A stretch of DNA of 64,000 nt, taken from assembly GCA_964482285.1 (NCBI GenBank), contig CAYZWZ010000001.1, positions 53,521 through 117,520 on the forward strand, read 5' to 3'. This document shows, piece after piece, positions 9,840 through 20,427 of this stretch (positions within the stretch are counted from its first letter, which is position 1; each line of letters starts with the position of its first letter). Source of the DNA: an uncultured Helicobacter sp. Its GTDB lineage: Bacteria > Campylobacterota > Campylobacteria > Campylobacterales > Arcobacteraceae. The notes under the pieces were generated by a model that was not told the origin of the DNA, searched no databases, and saw only the letters and a list, made by a program, of their open reading frames with translations. The translations under genes were made by a program, and so were the position numbers.

Positions 9840-11963
9840 CTAAAACTCAACTGTTCCTTCAATAGAGAATTCAGCTTTTGTATCAAGTTCTGCATGAGAT
9901 AAAACTGCAATTTCAAAGCCAAATTTTTCAAATATTTCTGATATTCTTTTTCTAAGAACTGGATCCACTACCATTGAAACATTAGATACTCCTCTAGCTT
10001 CAATTGATTCTACAAGCTCTTTTGTTTTTGTTACAAGTGAATTTATCTCAGATATACTTAATAATAAATGAGATACACCATGTTGTTCTTGAAGTTTAGA
10101 TATAAAATCTTGTTCAAGTTCAGGCTTAATTGTAATAATTCTAAGAACTCCATCTTCACCTTTGAATTTATTTGTAATAAGTCTAAATAATTTACTTCTT
10201 ACATGCTCTAGTAATATTTCAGGTGATTTTGTAACTTCACCAATATCAGCTAAAGCTTCTAAAATAGTGATCATATCTATAATAGGTATTTTTTCATGTA
10301 AAAGATCTTTACAAATTCTAAGAACTGTACCATAAGTTGTTATTTTCATAGCCTCTTCAACTACAACAGGGAAGTTCTCTTTTAACCTATCTATAATATT
10401 AACTATATCTTGTCTTGTGATTATATCTTCTGCGTGTTTCTTGATTGTTTCAGATATATGAGTTGATATAATAGTTGGAGCATCAACTACTGTAAATCCT
10501 TTACTTAGTGCTTCATCTTTTTTATCTTCATTTATCCAAATAGCATCAAGTCCAAATACTGGTTCCTTTACATGTTTACCAGATAAAGTTGCATTTCCAA
10601 CTCCACCCATAGCAAGAAGTTGATTTAGTTCAACCTCTCCACTTATAAGTGGTATTCTTTTAAGATATAAAGAGTATTCATTCATTTTTAAATCGGTTGC
10701 ATCTGTGATTCTAATTTGTGGTATTACAAATCCAAGCTCAGCAGCAATAGAGTTTCTTATACCTTTTATCTTATCAAGAAGTTCACTATCACCTTGAATT
10801 AAAGATAATAGCCTAGGACCTAATTTAAGCTCTAAAATTTCCATTTTCATAGTTTTATCTAAAGTTTGTTCTTCATTAAGAGTTTGTTTCTCTTTTTTCT
10901 TCTGCTTAATTTTATTAATATCATCAGGAGTTTTAACACTACCTTTTACTTCAGCTTGTGGTTTAAAGAAGTTTACAAAAGCATTATTTTGATCAGATTC
11001 AATCATATAAATTAAATACCCAATACCCATTAGTAATGTTCCCATAATAAGAAGTATTCCAGAAGGGAAACCTGGAACTGTTGCAAATAATACAAGTGCA
11101 AGTCCTGTTATAACTAATGCTTTACTATCTTTTACTAACTGAGATATAGTACCACTTGCAAATTTCTCTTCATCTGTATTTGATCTTGTAATTATAATAG
11201 CAGTTGCAGTTGAGATAATAAGTGCAGGTATTTGAGCAACTAACCCATCACCAATAGTAAGTATAGTATATATTTCAGCACTTTCACCTGCTGTCATATT
11301 ATGTTGGAACATACCAATCATAAGTCCACCAATTAGATTTACTACTGTAATAATAATACCAGCAACCGCATCACCTTTTACAAACTTTGCTGAACCATCC
11401 ATAGTACCATAAAAACTAACTTCACTTGCAAGTTCTTCTCTTCTTTTTTTAGCTTGTTGATCATCTATAAATCCAGCATTTAAGTCTGCATCAATAGCCA
11501 TTTGTTTACCAGGTAATGAGTCAAGTGAGAATCTAGCTTGTACTTCAGCTACTCTTCCTGCACCCTTTGTTACAACCATAAAGTTAATAAGTACAAGTAT
11601 AATAAATATAATAATACCAATTACCATATTTCCACCAACAACAAACTCTCCAAAAGAAGCTATTATAGAACTAACAGCTTCTGGACCATTATGTCCATCG
11701 TTAAGTATTGATCTGGTTGTTGCAATATTTAAAGATAGCCTAAAAAGTACTAAAATAAGTAATAGTGTAGGAAAAGTGGATAGATCAGTTGGTTTTTGAA
11801 CAAATAAAGAGATAAGTAAAATAAGGATTGACGATGTTAAAGAGACTATTAAAAAAAAGTCTAAAATACCTTTTGGTAACGGTACAATAATAATCGCCAA
11901 CATAGAAAAGATAAATGCAATTAATACATATTCTTTTCTTAAAAATATCTCTTTTATGTTCAT
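9840..11963 (-). CDS. flhA: Flagellar export gate protein FlhA
   Basis: 707 aa. Eight-TM N-terminal domain with the FHIPEP-type segment GAGRVAEVQARFSLDSLPGKQMAIDADLNAG, plus a cytoplasmic C-domain. Confidence 0.95.
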   Translation of the reverse strand: MNIKEIFLRKEYVLIAFIFSMLAIIIVPLPKGILDFFLIVSLTSSILILLISLFVQKPTDLSTFPTLLLILVLFRLSLNIATTRSILNDGHNGPEAVSSIIASFGEFVVGGNMVIGIIIFIILVLINFMVVTKGAGRVAEVQARFSLDSLPGKQMAIDADLNAGFIDDQQAKKRREELASEVSFYGTMDGSAKFVKGDAVAGIIITVVNLIGGLMIGMFQHNMTAGESAEIYTILTIGDGLVAQIPALIISTATAIIITRSNTDEEKFASGTISQLVKDSKALVITGLALVLFATVPGFPSGILLIMGTLLMGIGYLIYMIESDQNNAFVNFFKPQAEVKGSVKTPDDINKIKQKKKEKQTLNEEQTLDKTMKMEILELKLGPRLLSLIQGDSELLDKIKGIRNSIAAELGFVIPQIRITDATDLKMNEYSLYLKRIPLISGEVELNQLLAMGGVGNATLSGKHVKEPVFGLDAIWINEDKKDEALSKGFTVVDAPTIISTHISETIKKHAEDIITRQDIVNIIDRLKENFPVVVEEAMKITTYGTVLRICKDLLHEKIPIIDMITILEALADIGEVTKSPEILLEHVRSKLFRLITNKFKGEDGVLRIITIKPELEQDFISKLQEQHGVSHLLLSISEINSLVTKTKELVESIEARGVSNVSMVVDPVLRKRISEIFEKFGFEIAVLSHAELDTKAEFSIEGTVEF

Positions 11964-11975
11964 ATATTAGTTTTA

Positions 11976-13220
11976 TTACTTTAAAAAATTAACCAATGAC
12001 AATTGATTCATTTTTGATACTGTTGAATAAAGTGCATTGTATGTAAGCTCTAATGCTTTTGATTCCATTGCTAGTTTACCCATATCTGCACCATTTGTTT
12101 TTTGCATTAAAATATTATAATGTGTAACTTTTGAATTTATAGATTCTAAAGCCGTATCAAATATTCTATTTCTTCCACCTAATTCCGCATGACCTACATT
12201 TGTTGCATCAAATTGTTCTGACATTCTTTCTAAATCATCTGCTAGTATTGCTCTTACCTCTTCATCATTAATAATTTGATCTTTTTGCCCATTTGTAGAA
12301 TCATCAGTTTGTTTTGTACTGTATCCATAAAGTGCATTTATCATTATATTTAAATCATCAAAAGTATTATGCTTTGTTTCTAGTAATAATCCAGAACCTG
12401 TTCTACTAGATATATGCCCATTTGCTAGTGCATCATCTAAAGTTTCACTTGTATATTTTGCAGGAGTTGAGCCATCACTTGTAACTGTTAAGTATTCATC
12501 TTGTAAATTACCACTAGCATCTACAAATTGACTTTTTGTTCCATCTTCATTATATTTTTCAAGTCTATCTTTTGCTGCATTTAATTTCCATGTATTTCCA
12601 TATTCATCAAGTACTGTTTCATGCTGTGTAAATGAAATTGTTCCATCAACTTCACTAGTATCAGTGTTATACATAAGAACATCATATGCACTAACACCTC
12701 TTTCTCTATATGTATTTGGTTCAACTGCAATATTTCTTAAGTGTCCATTTCCTTTAAAATCTATTTGACCATTAATTTTAAAATCTTGATCTTTTTCATA
12801 TGATTTTATTGTAGTATTTGATCCAGCAAATATAAATTCATCATCAATTTGAGTATTCATTAGTGAGTATAAATTATCTCTCATACCCTCCATATTTTTT
12901 GCAACTGCTATTCTATCTGGTCTTGTCATACCTGAGTTTAGTGATTTTAATAGATCAACTTTAATAGCATCTAGTGTATTTTTCACTTCATTTATTGTTG
13001 AGTCTGCTACTTCATTTTGTGCAGTTGTTCTTTCTATTTGAGTTTGTAATCCTTCATATGTTCTTAGATTACTTTCTATATTTATTACTTTTCCATATAA
13101 TACTGCATCATCACTACCATTTTCAATCTTTTTACCAGTTGACATTTGGTAAGATATTCTTTGATTTTCAACATCTAAGTTAGCAATTCTATATGACATT
13201 TGGTTTGTTAAATCAATCAT
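11976..13220 (-). CDS. flgL: Flagellar hook-associated protein 3 (FlgL)
   Basis: Flagellin-like N-terminal helix (RIANLDVENQRISYQMSTGKK), C-terminal helix ending LSLVNFLK, no long central flagellin domain. Confidence 0.65.
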   Translation of the reverse strand: MIDLTNQMSYRIANLDVENQRISYQMSTGKKIENGSDDAVLYGKVINIESNLRTYEGLQTQIERTTAQNEVADSTINEVKNTLDAIKVDLLKSLNSGMTRPDRIAVAKNMEGMRDNLYSLMNTQIDDEFIFAGSNTTIKSYEKDQDFKINGQIDFKGNGHLRNIAVEPNTYRERGVSAYDVLMYNTDTSEVDGTISFTQHETVLDEYGNTWKLNAAKDRLEKYNEDGTKSQFVDASGNLQDEYLTVTSDGSTPAKYTSETLDDALANGHISSRTGSGLLLETKHNTFDDLNIMINALYGYSTKQTDDSTNGQKDQIINDEEVRAILADDLERMSEQFDATNVGHAELGGRNRIFDTALESINSKVTHYNILMQKTNGADMGKLAMESKALELTYNALYSTVSKMNQLSLVNFLK

Positions 13221-14523
13221 TTACAACTCCTTGTAGTTGGTTTATTATCTCTTCATAAGTGTATGTGCTACTAGTATCTTGGACTAAAAAGTCTCTTATT
13301 TTGTCTTTTTTGGATAAAGCTTTATCTAACTCTTTATCCATCCCTTTTGTATAAGCACCAACTCTTATTAAAACTTCATTCTCTTTTATTAAAGATAATA
13401 CCCTTTTTAACTTTAAAAAGTTATTATACTGTTCTTTTGATACAACTTTATCTATAACTCTTGATGCACTTTGTAGTAGATCAATAGGTGGATAAAAGCC
13501 TTGCTCTGTTAATGCTCTTGTAAGAACAATATGTCCATCAAGAATAGATCTACTTTGATCTGCAATTGGATCATTCATATCATCTCCATCAACTAAAACT
13601 GTAAAAAATGCTGTGATTGTACCATTTGGTGTTGCTCCAGCTCTCTCCATAAGTTGTGGTAAAAGTGCAAAAACACTAGGTGGATATCCACCACGACCTG
13701 GTGGTTCACCTGTACTTAAACCTATCTCTCTTTGAGCCATTGCAAATCTAGTTACACTATCCATCATTAGTAATACATCATGCCCTTTATCTCTAAAAAA
13801 CTCTGCAATAGCCATAGCTGTAAATGCTCCATATTTTCTCATTAACGATGACTCATCACTTGTTGCTGTTACTATTACTGTATTTTCAAGGTTATTTCCA
13901 AGATTATAGTGTATAAATTCAGGGATCTCTCTTCCCCTTTCTCCAATTAGTGCTATAACTTTTATTTGAGCTTGACTACCTTTTACAATCATACCCATAA
14001 GTGTTGATTTACCAACCCCACTACCTGCAAAAATACCAACTTTTTGACCTTTTCCACAAGTTAACATTGCATCTATAGCTTTTACACCTGTTGAAAACTT
14101 TTGATCTATTATTCCCCTTTTTAGTGGTGAAATTGACTCTTTATTAATTGCAGAATTTTCTTCTATATCTTTAATTGGTCCTTTTTCATCTATTGGTTCA
14201 CCAAGAGCATTTACTACTCGTCCTAGAAGTCCATACCCACATTTAATACTAAGTCCATCTTTTTGTAAAAATACTTTATCATCTATTCTAAATCCATCAA
14301 TAAATGAAAAAGGTACTATATCAAAATATTTATCATGAATTGAAGCAACCATTCCAAGAACACTATAAATATGTTTTTGAGATTCTATCCTTACTACATC
14401 TCCAATAGCAACAATAAGTCCAGTTGCTGTTATTGTTGTTGCAGATATTTTACTAATTCTTCCAAATGGAATAACTAAATTTTCATTTGAAATATTATTT
14501 AAAACCTCATCAATATTTATCAT
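13213..14523 (-). CDS. fliI: Flagellum-specific ATPase FliI
   Basis: Walker A GIFAGSGVGKSTL and Walker B VLLMMDSVTRFA; F1-beta-like. Confidence 0.95.
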   Translation of the reverse strand: MINIDEVLNNISNENLVIPFGRISKISATTITATGLIVAIGDVVRIESQKHIYSVLGMVASIHDKYFDIVPFSFIDGFRIDDKVFLQKDGLSIKCGYGLLGRVVNALGEPIDEKGPIKDIEENSAINKESISPLKRGIIDQKFSTGVKAIDAMLTCGKGQKVGIFAGSGVGKSTLMGMIVKGSQAQIKVIALIGERGREIPEFIHYNLGNNLENTVIVTATSDESSLMRKYGAFTAMAIAEFFRDKGHDVLLMMDSVTRFAMAQREIGLSTGEPPGRGGYPPSVFALLPQLMERAGATPNGTITAFFTVLVDGDDMNDPIADQSRSILDGHIVLTRALTEQGFYPPIDLLQSASRVIDKVVSKEQYNNFLKLKRVLSLIKENEVLIRVGAYTKGMDKELDKALSKKDKIRDFLVQDTSSTYTYEEIINQLQGVVND

Positions 14524-16511
14524 AATTTTTCACACATAGATTTATATAGAGATTTTGCATTTTTTACTGCGTTACATTTATTTACACTATCTTTATATCT
14601 ATTTTCTTTATTTAATTTTTTATATATCTTTGCCATCTCATAGTATATTTGTACCAACTCATTATCACCTATTTTTCTTGGGTTCTTTAATGCTTCTTTG
14701 TAGTATTTTAAACCATTTTTATAATCATCATCAAGAATATAATTTGAAGCAATTTGCATCTCAACAAAAGGTGAATATATATGTGCATCCATCTCATTTT
14801 GCTTATAATATAATTTTGTTAGTATTTTATTTGCTTCATCTTCATTTTTATTTTTTATTAAATATAAATAATACTGATAATAAAAATCTATAATCATTGG
14901 ATTATCTTGATTTTGGAATATAAAATATTTATGTTTTTGTGTATAAGTAAAAAATTTATCCATACTATATGTATTATTTTGTTTTGCATATATTAAAAAT
15001 CTATATAAAAATTCTTGAGATTTTATTTTTTCATTTTTTAATCCATCAATCCTTTTTGATATATCCAAGGCATCATCAATTAGATCTAATTTAATAGCTA
15101 TTTTTTCTAAATTTAAATAAACATTTGCATCATTACTAGCAAGAAATACTTTATTTGCAATTTTAAATGTTATTTTATTTGGATATTCTAACATACAATT
15201 AAACATTTTATCTGTTGTAGTATTATTTTTTATTATCTTTTTAATTGTTGTAGTTGGCATAGTTTGAATAACTTCATCAAACTTATTACATTTCCCTTCT
15301 TGTAAATATTCATTAATCATTTTAAGATTAATATCATCAAATATCTCTTTTAAGTCTTTATATCCAAATCTTTTAGCAGTTGCATCTGGTACTTTTAAAT
15401 AAACATTTTTTAGTTTATTAATAAGATCATATTTTTTCTCTTTTGCATTATTTAATAGCTCTTGAAGAAGTGTTCTATGATACATAACATCAGACATAGG
15501 ATATTTACTAGCAACAATTTGAGGAGTTAATATACCTTCTCTCATAAGTATCTCATCAAGATACATCTTTGCTAATTTTTTATAAGGGTTATCTTTTCTT
15601 TGTCTTATTAGATCTTTATATAGCTCTTTTGCTTTTAAAAGATATGTTAACTCTTTTGAATTTATACTCATATATGTATTTGCTAATATATATTTAAATT
15701 CATTAATTTGTTTTTGTTTTTTTGATTTTTTTAATAAAGCTTTTAAAATTCTAATTGCAAGATGTGGCATTTTTGCTTTTTTTAGTTTTCTTATTTTTAT
15801 CATTGCAATAGTTGGATTATTTGCATAATAATCTATATTTTTATTCAATACTTTTACAGTTAAGTCATATGCTTTTTTATTTTGTTTATCTAATATATAA
15901 GCATCATATAATTCATCAGATACAATTGTTGCTATTTTTAAGTTATTTGTCTTAATTAAAATATTATATAAAGTTTTTATAGCTCTTTTGTATCTTCTTT
16001 TTTTAATATTGATTTTGGCATAAGATATATCTGAGTATGCTAAAGATAATGGATCTTTAAATGTCTCTTTTATATATTTTGCATATTTTCTTGCTACTAT
16101 TGCTTTATTTATTTTTAAATTTATATCTACCATTAAAATTAGTGCATCTAAGAGATCATTTTGATTTATAACCCCTTCATTGATAGCTTTTAATAAAATT
16201 TTATCTGCTTTTACTGAGTGCTTTTTTGCTCTTTTTTGATATAAAATTTTTGCATAAAGTAATTCTATACTGCTTTTTAGTACATCTTGTTTATTTTGAC
16301 CTCTTAATAATACTATTTGTTTATATGCGTCATCTATTTGATTATCTTTTAATAGTTTATTTATATATATTATCTTTGAATTTTCATCTCTTATTTTATC
16401 TTTTGTACTTTGGGAAAATTGTTCTTTATTATTATCAATATATGAATAATAAAAATCTTTTTTTGCATAAGTTATTGTAAATATAAAGATTGTTATTAAT
16501 ATGTATTTCAC
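14520..16511 (-). CDS. Secreted 663-aa TPR-like repeat protein of unknown function inside the flhB-fliI operon
   Basis: GTG start overlaps the flhB TAG by 1 nt (TAGTG); the stop overlaps the fliI start (ATGA). Signal peptide MKYILITIFIFTITYA. Repeated helical A/Y/K-rich TPR-like segments. Confidence 0.7.
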   Translation of the reverse strand: MKYILITIFIFTITYAKKDFYYSYIDNNKEQFSQSTKDKIRDENSKIIYINKLLKDNQIDDAYKQIVLLRGQNKQDVLKSSIELLYAKILYQKRAKKHSVKADKILLKAINEGVINQNDLLDALILMVDINLKINKAIVARKYAKYIKETFKDPLSLAYSDISYAKINIKKRRYKRAIKTLYNILIKTNNLKIATIVSDELYDAYILDKQNKKAYDLTVKVLNKNIDYYANNPTIAMIKIRKLKKAKMPHLAIRILKALLKKSKKQKQINEFKYILANTYMSINSKELTYLLKAKELYKDLIRQRKDNPYKKLAKMYLDEILMREGILTPQIVASKYPMSDVMYHRTLLQELLNNAKEKKYDLINKLKNVYLKVPDATAKRFGYKDLKEIFDDINLKMINEYLQEGKCNKFDEVIQTMPTTTIKKIIKNNTTTDKMFNCMLEYPNKITFKIANKVFLASNDANVYLNLEKIAIKLDLIDDALDISKRIDGLKNEKIKSQEFLYRFLIYAKQNNTYSMDKFFTYTQKHKYFIFQNQDNPMIIDFYYQYYLYLIKNKNEDEANKILTKLYYKQNEMDAHIYSPFVEMQIASNYILDDDYKNGLKYYKEALKNPRKIGDNELVQIYYEMAKIYKKLNKENRYKDSVNKCNAVKNAKSLYKSMCEKL

Positions 16512-17563
16512 TATTTTCCTTTTTTATTTAATTCATAAATATATGTAAATATTTCAGCAACTGCTTCATAGAACTCTTTTGGTATCTCTTGCTCAACTTC
16601 TATTTGATCATGTAATGCCCTTGCCATACTTGGATTTTCTATAATAGGTATTTTATTTTCTCTTGCTATATCTTTTATTTTTAGTGCAAGAAAATCTATA
16701 CCTTTTGCAACAACTATTGGGGCATTTGATTGCTCTTTTTGATATTTTAAAGCAACTGCATAATGTGTTGGATTTGTAATTACAACATCTGCTTCACTTA
16801 CATCTTTAAGCATTCTTTGTCTAGACATTTTCATCTGAATCTGTCTAATTCTACCTTTTACTAAAGGATCCCCCTCCATTTGCTTATGTTCCTCTTTTAT
16901 CTCTTGTTTTGACATCTTTAATTGTTTAAAATAATAATATCTAGTAAAGAAGTAATCCATTATAGCAAAAATGATTATAATTAACAAAATAGAAGCTAAG
17001 AAGTATGCAGTAAGTTTAATTAAAACCGCTACTGATCCTATAACTTGAGTATCCATCATTGCTAATATATCATCTTTTATAATTACAAATATAACAAGCA
17101 TAACTAAAAATATTATTATTAATTTTGCTGTTAGTTTAATAGCTTCTAATATTTTTTTCATTGAAAAAACATTTTTGATACCACTAACTGGATCAATCTT
17201 TTCAAGCTTTATTGCTAAAGGGACAGTAATAAATCCAAACTGCATTACATTAAATGCTATTGCAAATATAACTACCATTATAAATAATGGCATCAAAGCA
17301 TTAAGCATTGTCATTGTAACTGTATAGGTTATTGTATAATAAACACTAGCATCAAAATCTGTACCTATAAAAGAGATCACATATAACATCATTTTTCTTA
17401 TATCATCAAAGGCTGGTCCTGCAAAAAATAATAGATATATTGAACAGAAAAACAAAATTGCTGCTCCTGGAACTTCCGTTGACTTTGGAACATTTCCCTC
17501 TTTTTTTGCATCTTCAATTTTTTTGGAGGTGGGTTCTTCTGTTTTTTCTTGATCATCAGCCAT
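16511..17563 (-). CDS. flhB: Flagellar export protein FlhB
   Basis: N-terminal EKTEEPTSKKIEDAKKEG and autocleavage site NPTHYAVAL. Confidence 0.93.
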   Translation of the reverse strand: MADDQEKTEEPTSKKIEDAKKEGNVPKSTEVPGAAILFFCSIYLLFFAGPAFDDIRKMMLYVISFIGTDFDASVYYTITYTVTMTMLNALMPLFIMVVIFAIAFNVMQFGFITVPLAIKLEKIDPVSGIKNVFSMKKILEAIKLTAKLIIIFLVMLVIFVIIKDDILAMMDTQVIGSVAVLIKLTAYFLASILLIIIIFAIMDYFFTRYYYFKQLKMSKQEIKEEHKQMEGDPLVKGRIRQIQMKMSRQRMLKDVSEADVVITNPTHYAVALKYQKEQSNAPIVVAKGIDFLALKIKDIARENKIPIIENPSMARALHDQIEVEQEIPKEFYEAVAEIFTYIYELNKKGK

Positions 17564-17574
17564 AACTCAAGCTC

Positions 17575-18330
17575 CTATTGAAATTTATTTATAAAATATG
17601 TTTCAAATGAATGGACAAAAATATCAAGCCCATACATTAAAAATAAAAATATTAACACAAATTTTATTTGAAATGTTAATACAAATGGAGAAAATGCTGG
17701 CATAGATTTTGTGCCATATGAATAAAATATATCAAGAATAAATCCTATAAAAAATAAAGGAAATGAAAATGAAAAAGCAAATAAAAACATATTATTAATC
17801 TCGTTAATAGCTATTTTTATACCATCATAATCATAAAGATTAAATTCACCAAGATGGATTAAACCTATACTATTTGAAAGCATATAAAGAGTAACTTCAT
17901 ACATCCCTGTTTCAAAATATAATACAAGTACAATCATATATAAAAATCTTGCAACTATACCTTGTTGTGTACCACTTGCTGGATCAAACATATTTGCCAT
18001 AGATAAAGAAGTTGCAAAACCAATTAAATCTCCAATAATTTGTATAGCAGAGAATATCATCTGAACAAGAACTGAAGCAACTAATCCAAGTGTTAATTCA
18101 CTAATTAATGCTAAAATAAAATCACCATCTGTTGTATAAACAAAAGTATTTGTATCTACAAGTGGGTATAAAAATATTGTAAAATAAAATGTTAGGGCAA
18201 CTCTTACTGTTACATTAACACTTTTATGTCCAAATACAGGCATAAATGCCATAAAAGCTAAGATTCTTGCAAATAATAGTAAAAAATTATAAATTAAATC
18301 CTGATTTAATAACTCTACTATATCTTGCAT
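17575..18330 (-). CDS. fliR: Flagellar export protein FliR
   Basis: 251-aa polytopic membrane protein immediately upstream of flhB, with FliR-type N-terminus. Confidence 0.85.
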   Translation of the reverse strand: MQDIVELLNQDLIYNFLLLFARILAFMAFMPVFGHKSVNVTVRVALTFYFTIFLYPLVDTNTFVYTTDGDFILALISELTLGLVASVLVQMIFSAIQIIGDLIGFATSLSMANMFDPASGTQQGIVARFLYMIVLVLYFETGMYEVTLYMLSNSIGLIHLGEFNLYDYDGIKIAINEINNMFLFAFSFSFPLFFIGFILDIFYSYGTKSMPAFSPFVLTFQIKFVLIFLFLMYGLDIFVHSFETYFINKFQ

Positions 18331-18336
18331 ATACTT

Positions 18337-19902
18337 CTACATATAACCATCATCTATTGAAATATCATTTTCAACAATCTCTTGAGATTCTTCATTTTTA
18401 CTATTTGTATCTTCTTTTCTTTTTTTATTATTGCTATCATCTTGAGTATTTGATTGATTATCTTGTTGAGAAAAATCTAAAGAAAAATTACTTTGATTAT
18501 CAAATGTTTTTTGTAATGAGTTTTGTAATAAACCTTTTGCACCTTCTAAAACTTCTAATGTTGAACTATTTGTTGTACTTAAAGATATAGATACACTGTT
18601 TGTTGATTTTTCACTTTTCATAACAATAGAGATACTTCCAAGATTTGCTGGATTTAGATTGATCTTAAACGCAGTTACAGGAGGTTTATAGTTTTCATAC
18701 ATTTTTCTAGCCATATCAGACATAAACGACTTCATATTTTGTCTAGCAGAGATAATTTTATTTGTTATATTTTGAATAGCTGTTTGATTTGTACTTTCTT
18801 TTAATTGAATCTCTTCAGATTTTATCTCTTTTGTATTTGCTTCAAGCTCTGAAGTTTCTTTTAATACTTTATTTTGTTGAGTTTTAATAATATCTTGATT
18901 ATTTAAAGCTTGTTTAAATAATACTTTATTTAAAAATGTTGTTTGTTCTTGTACTTTAGCATCTATTTTACTTACAACTTTAACTTCAGATGTAGTTTTT
19001 TCTTCACTAATTATTTCAACTTTGCTCTCACCCAACTCCAGTGTTTTTGCACTTTTTTGTATTTTAGTTTTAGCATCTTTTATACTATCATCTAAAAGTA
19101 TTTTTTTTGATTGCTCAAGATTATGTTTTGAAACTATTGTAGCTTTTGTTTGTTGATTACTTAAAAAAGTTTTTGCGTTTAGTTTATCTTTTGTAAGATC
19201 ATTGCTATTTTCTTTTTCTATAGATGGTGTATTTTTTTTAGTTTTAATATTATTAACAATATTATCCATCAAAGAAGTTTTTTTAGTATCTTTTTGAATT
19301 TTGTTTCTTGATATATCTTTTTTAGAGTTACTATTTTTTTCTTTATTGATTAAATCATCACTTATAATAGTTTGCTTTATATTATCAAATAAAGAACTAT
19401 CTACCTTTTCTAGCTCTTTATTTTCTATAATAGTAGTTTTTTGACTTACTTTTACAACACTCTCTTGTGTTTTTATTTTTTTACTTAGATCAATTGATTC
19501 TTTTTTTATATCTTTTGAATTAGATTTTAATATATTGATAGATTTTTCTATATCTTTTTTATCTTTTATTGTTAAATTTTCTTTTGTGTTATTTTTTAAT
19601 TTATCAAAAAGAGATACTTTTTTATTAGTATCAGTTTTACTAGTTGTTTGTTTAGTATTGTTTTTTAATTTATCAAATAAAGAGGTTTTTGCTTTATTAG
19701 TTGTTGATATTATCGATTCTTTATTTTTATTTACAGTTTTTGTTTTTAGATCAGTAGTATTTTTTTGTGAAGATTTATTTTTACTAATCATTTGATCAAA
19801 TAAAGAGGGTTTATCCTTTTTTTCTTTATTTTCTGACTTAACATTAGTAGATTTTGATTTTACTTTTGATTCTACATTAACTTGAACTATATCTGCTGCC
19901 AT
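18337..19902 (-). CDS. fliK: Flagellar hook-length control protein FliK-like
   Basis: Long K/S/T/N-rich disordered N-terminal part. C-terminal Flg_hook-like segment (FKINLNPANLGSISIVMKSEK). Location between flgC and fliR. Confidence 0.65.
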   Translation of the reverse strand: MAADIVQVNVESKVKSKSTNVKSENKEKKDKPSLFDQMISKNKSSQKNTTDLKTKTVNKNKESIISTTNKAKTSLFDKLKNNTKQTTSKTDTNKKVSLFDKLKNNTKENLTIKDKKDIEKSINILKSNSKDIKKESIDLSKKIKTQESVVKVSQKTTIIENKELEKVDSSLFDNIKQTIISDDLINKEKNSNSKKDISRNKIQKDTKKTSLMDNIVNNIKTKKNTPSIEKENSNDLTKDKLNAKTFLSNQQTKATIVSKHNLEQSKKILLDDSIKDAKTKIQKSAKTLELGESKVEIISEEKTTSEVKVVSKIDAKVQEQTTFLNKVLFKQALNNQDIIKTQQNKVLKETSELEANTKEIKSEEIQLKESTNQTAIQNITNKIISARQNMKSFMSDMARKMYENYKPPVTAFKINLNPANLGSISIVMKSEKSTNSVSISLSTTNSSTLEVLEGAKGLLQNSLQKTFDNQSNFSLDFSQQDNQSNTQDDSNNKKRKEDTNSKNEESQEIVENDISIDDGYM

Positions 19903-19905
19903 ATT

Positions 19906-20364
19906 CTATGCTTTTAGTAAATCTATTGTTTTATCATCCATCGTTTTTTGTGTTTGAAATGCAGATAAGTTTGCTTCATAAGAACGCATAGCTTCTATTA
20001 AATCTGTCATCTCTATAACTGGATTTATATTTGGATAAGCTACATATCCATCTTTATTAGCATCTGGATGATTAGGTTCAAATCTCATTATATTTTCCAA
20101 ATCAGATTCAACTACTTTTTGTATTTTTACACCTACATTTTGATGTTTAGTATCTACTTTTGTTTGATCAAACTCATCACTTTGAGCCTTTTTTTGTTGA
20201 TCTAATAAAACCTCTTCAAAGACAACATTTTGTTTTTTGTATGGTCCACCATCTATTGTATGTGTAGTTTGAGCATTTGCTATATTTGCACTTACTACAT
20301 TGATTCTTGTTCTTTGTGCTGCCATACCTGATGTTGCTATGTTATAACCATCAAAAAATCCCAT
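19906..20364 (-). CDS. flgC: Flagellar basal-body rod protein FlgC
   Basis: N-terminus ATSGMAAQRTRINVVSANIANAQTT and C-terminus MRSYEANLSAF. Confidence 0.9.
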   Translation of the reverse strand: MGFFDGYNIATSGMAAQRTRINVVSANIANAQTTHTIDGGPYKKQNVVFEEVLLDQQKKAQSDEFDQTKVDTKHQNVGVKIQKVVESDLENIMRFEPNHPDANKDGYVAYPNINPVIEMTDLIEAMRSYEANLSAFQTQKTMDDKTIDLLKA

Positions 20365-20427
20365 CTCATCTCCTTTTTATTTTATTATACTATTTTTTAA
20401 TTTAATTTACTAAAGAAAATAGGTAAA

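Noticed and set aside
16870-16874. Homopolymeric G/C tracts as phase-variation switches (common in Campylobacter flagellar and surface genes)
   Set aside because: The longest G/C run I noticed is C5 inside flhB. Long runs are all A/T (A7-A8), which are ubiquitous at this base composition. There is no evidence for contingency loci, with the caveat that the scan was by eye.
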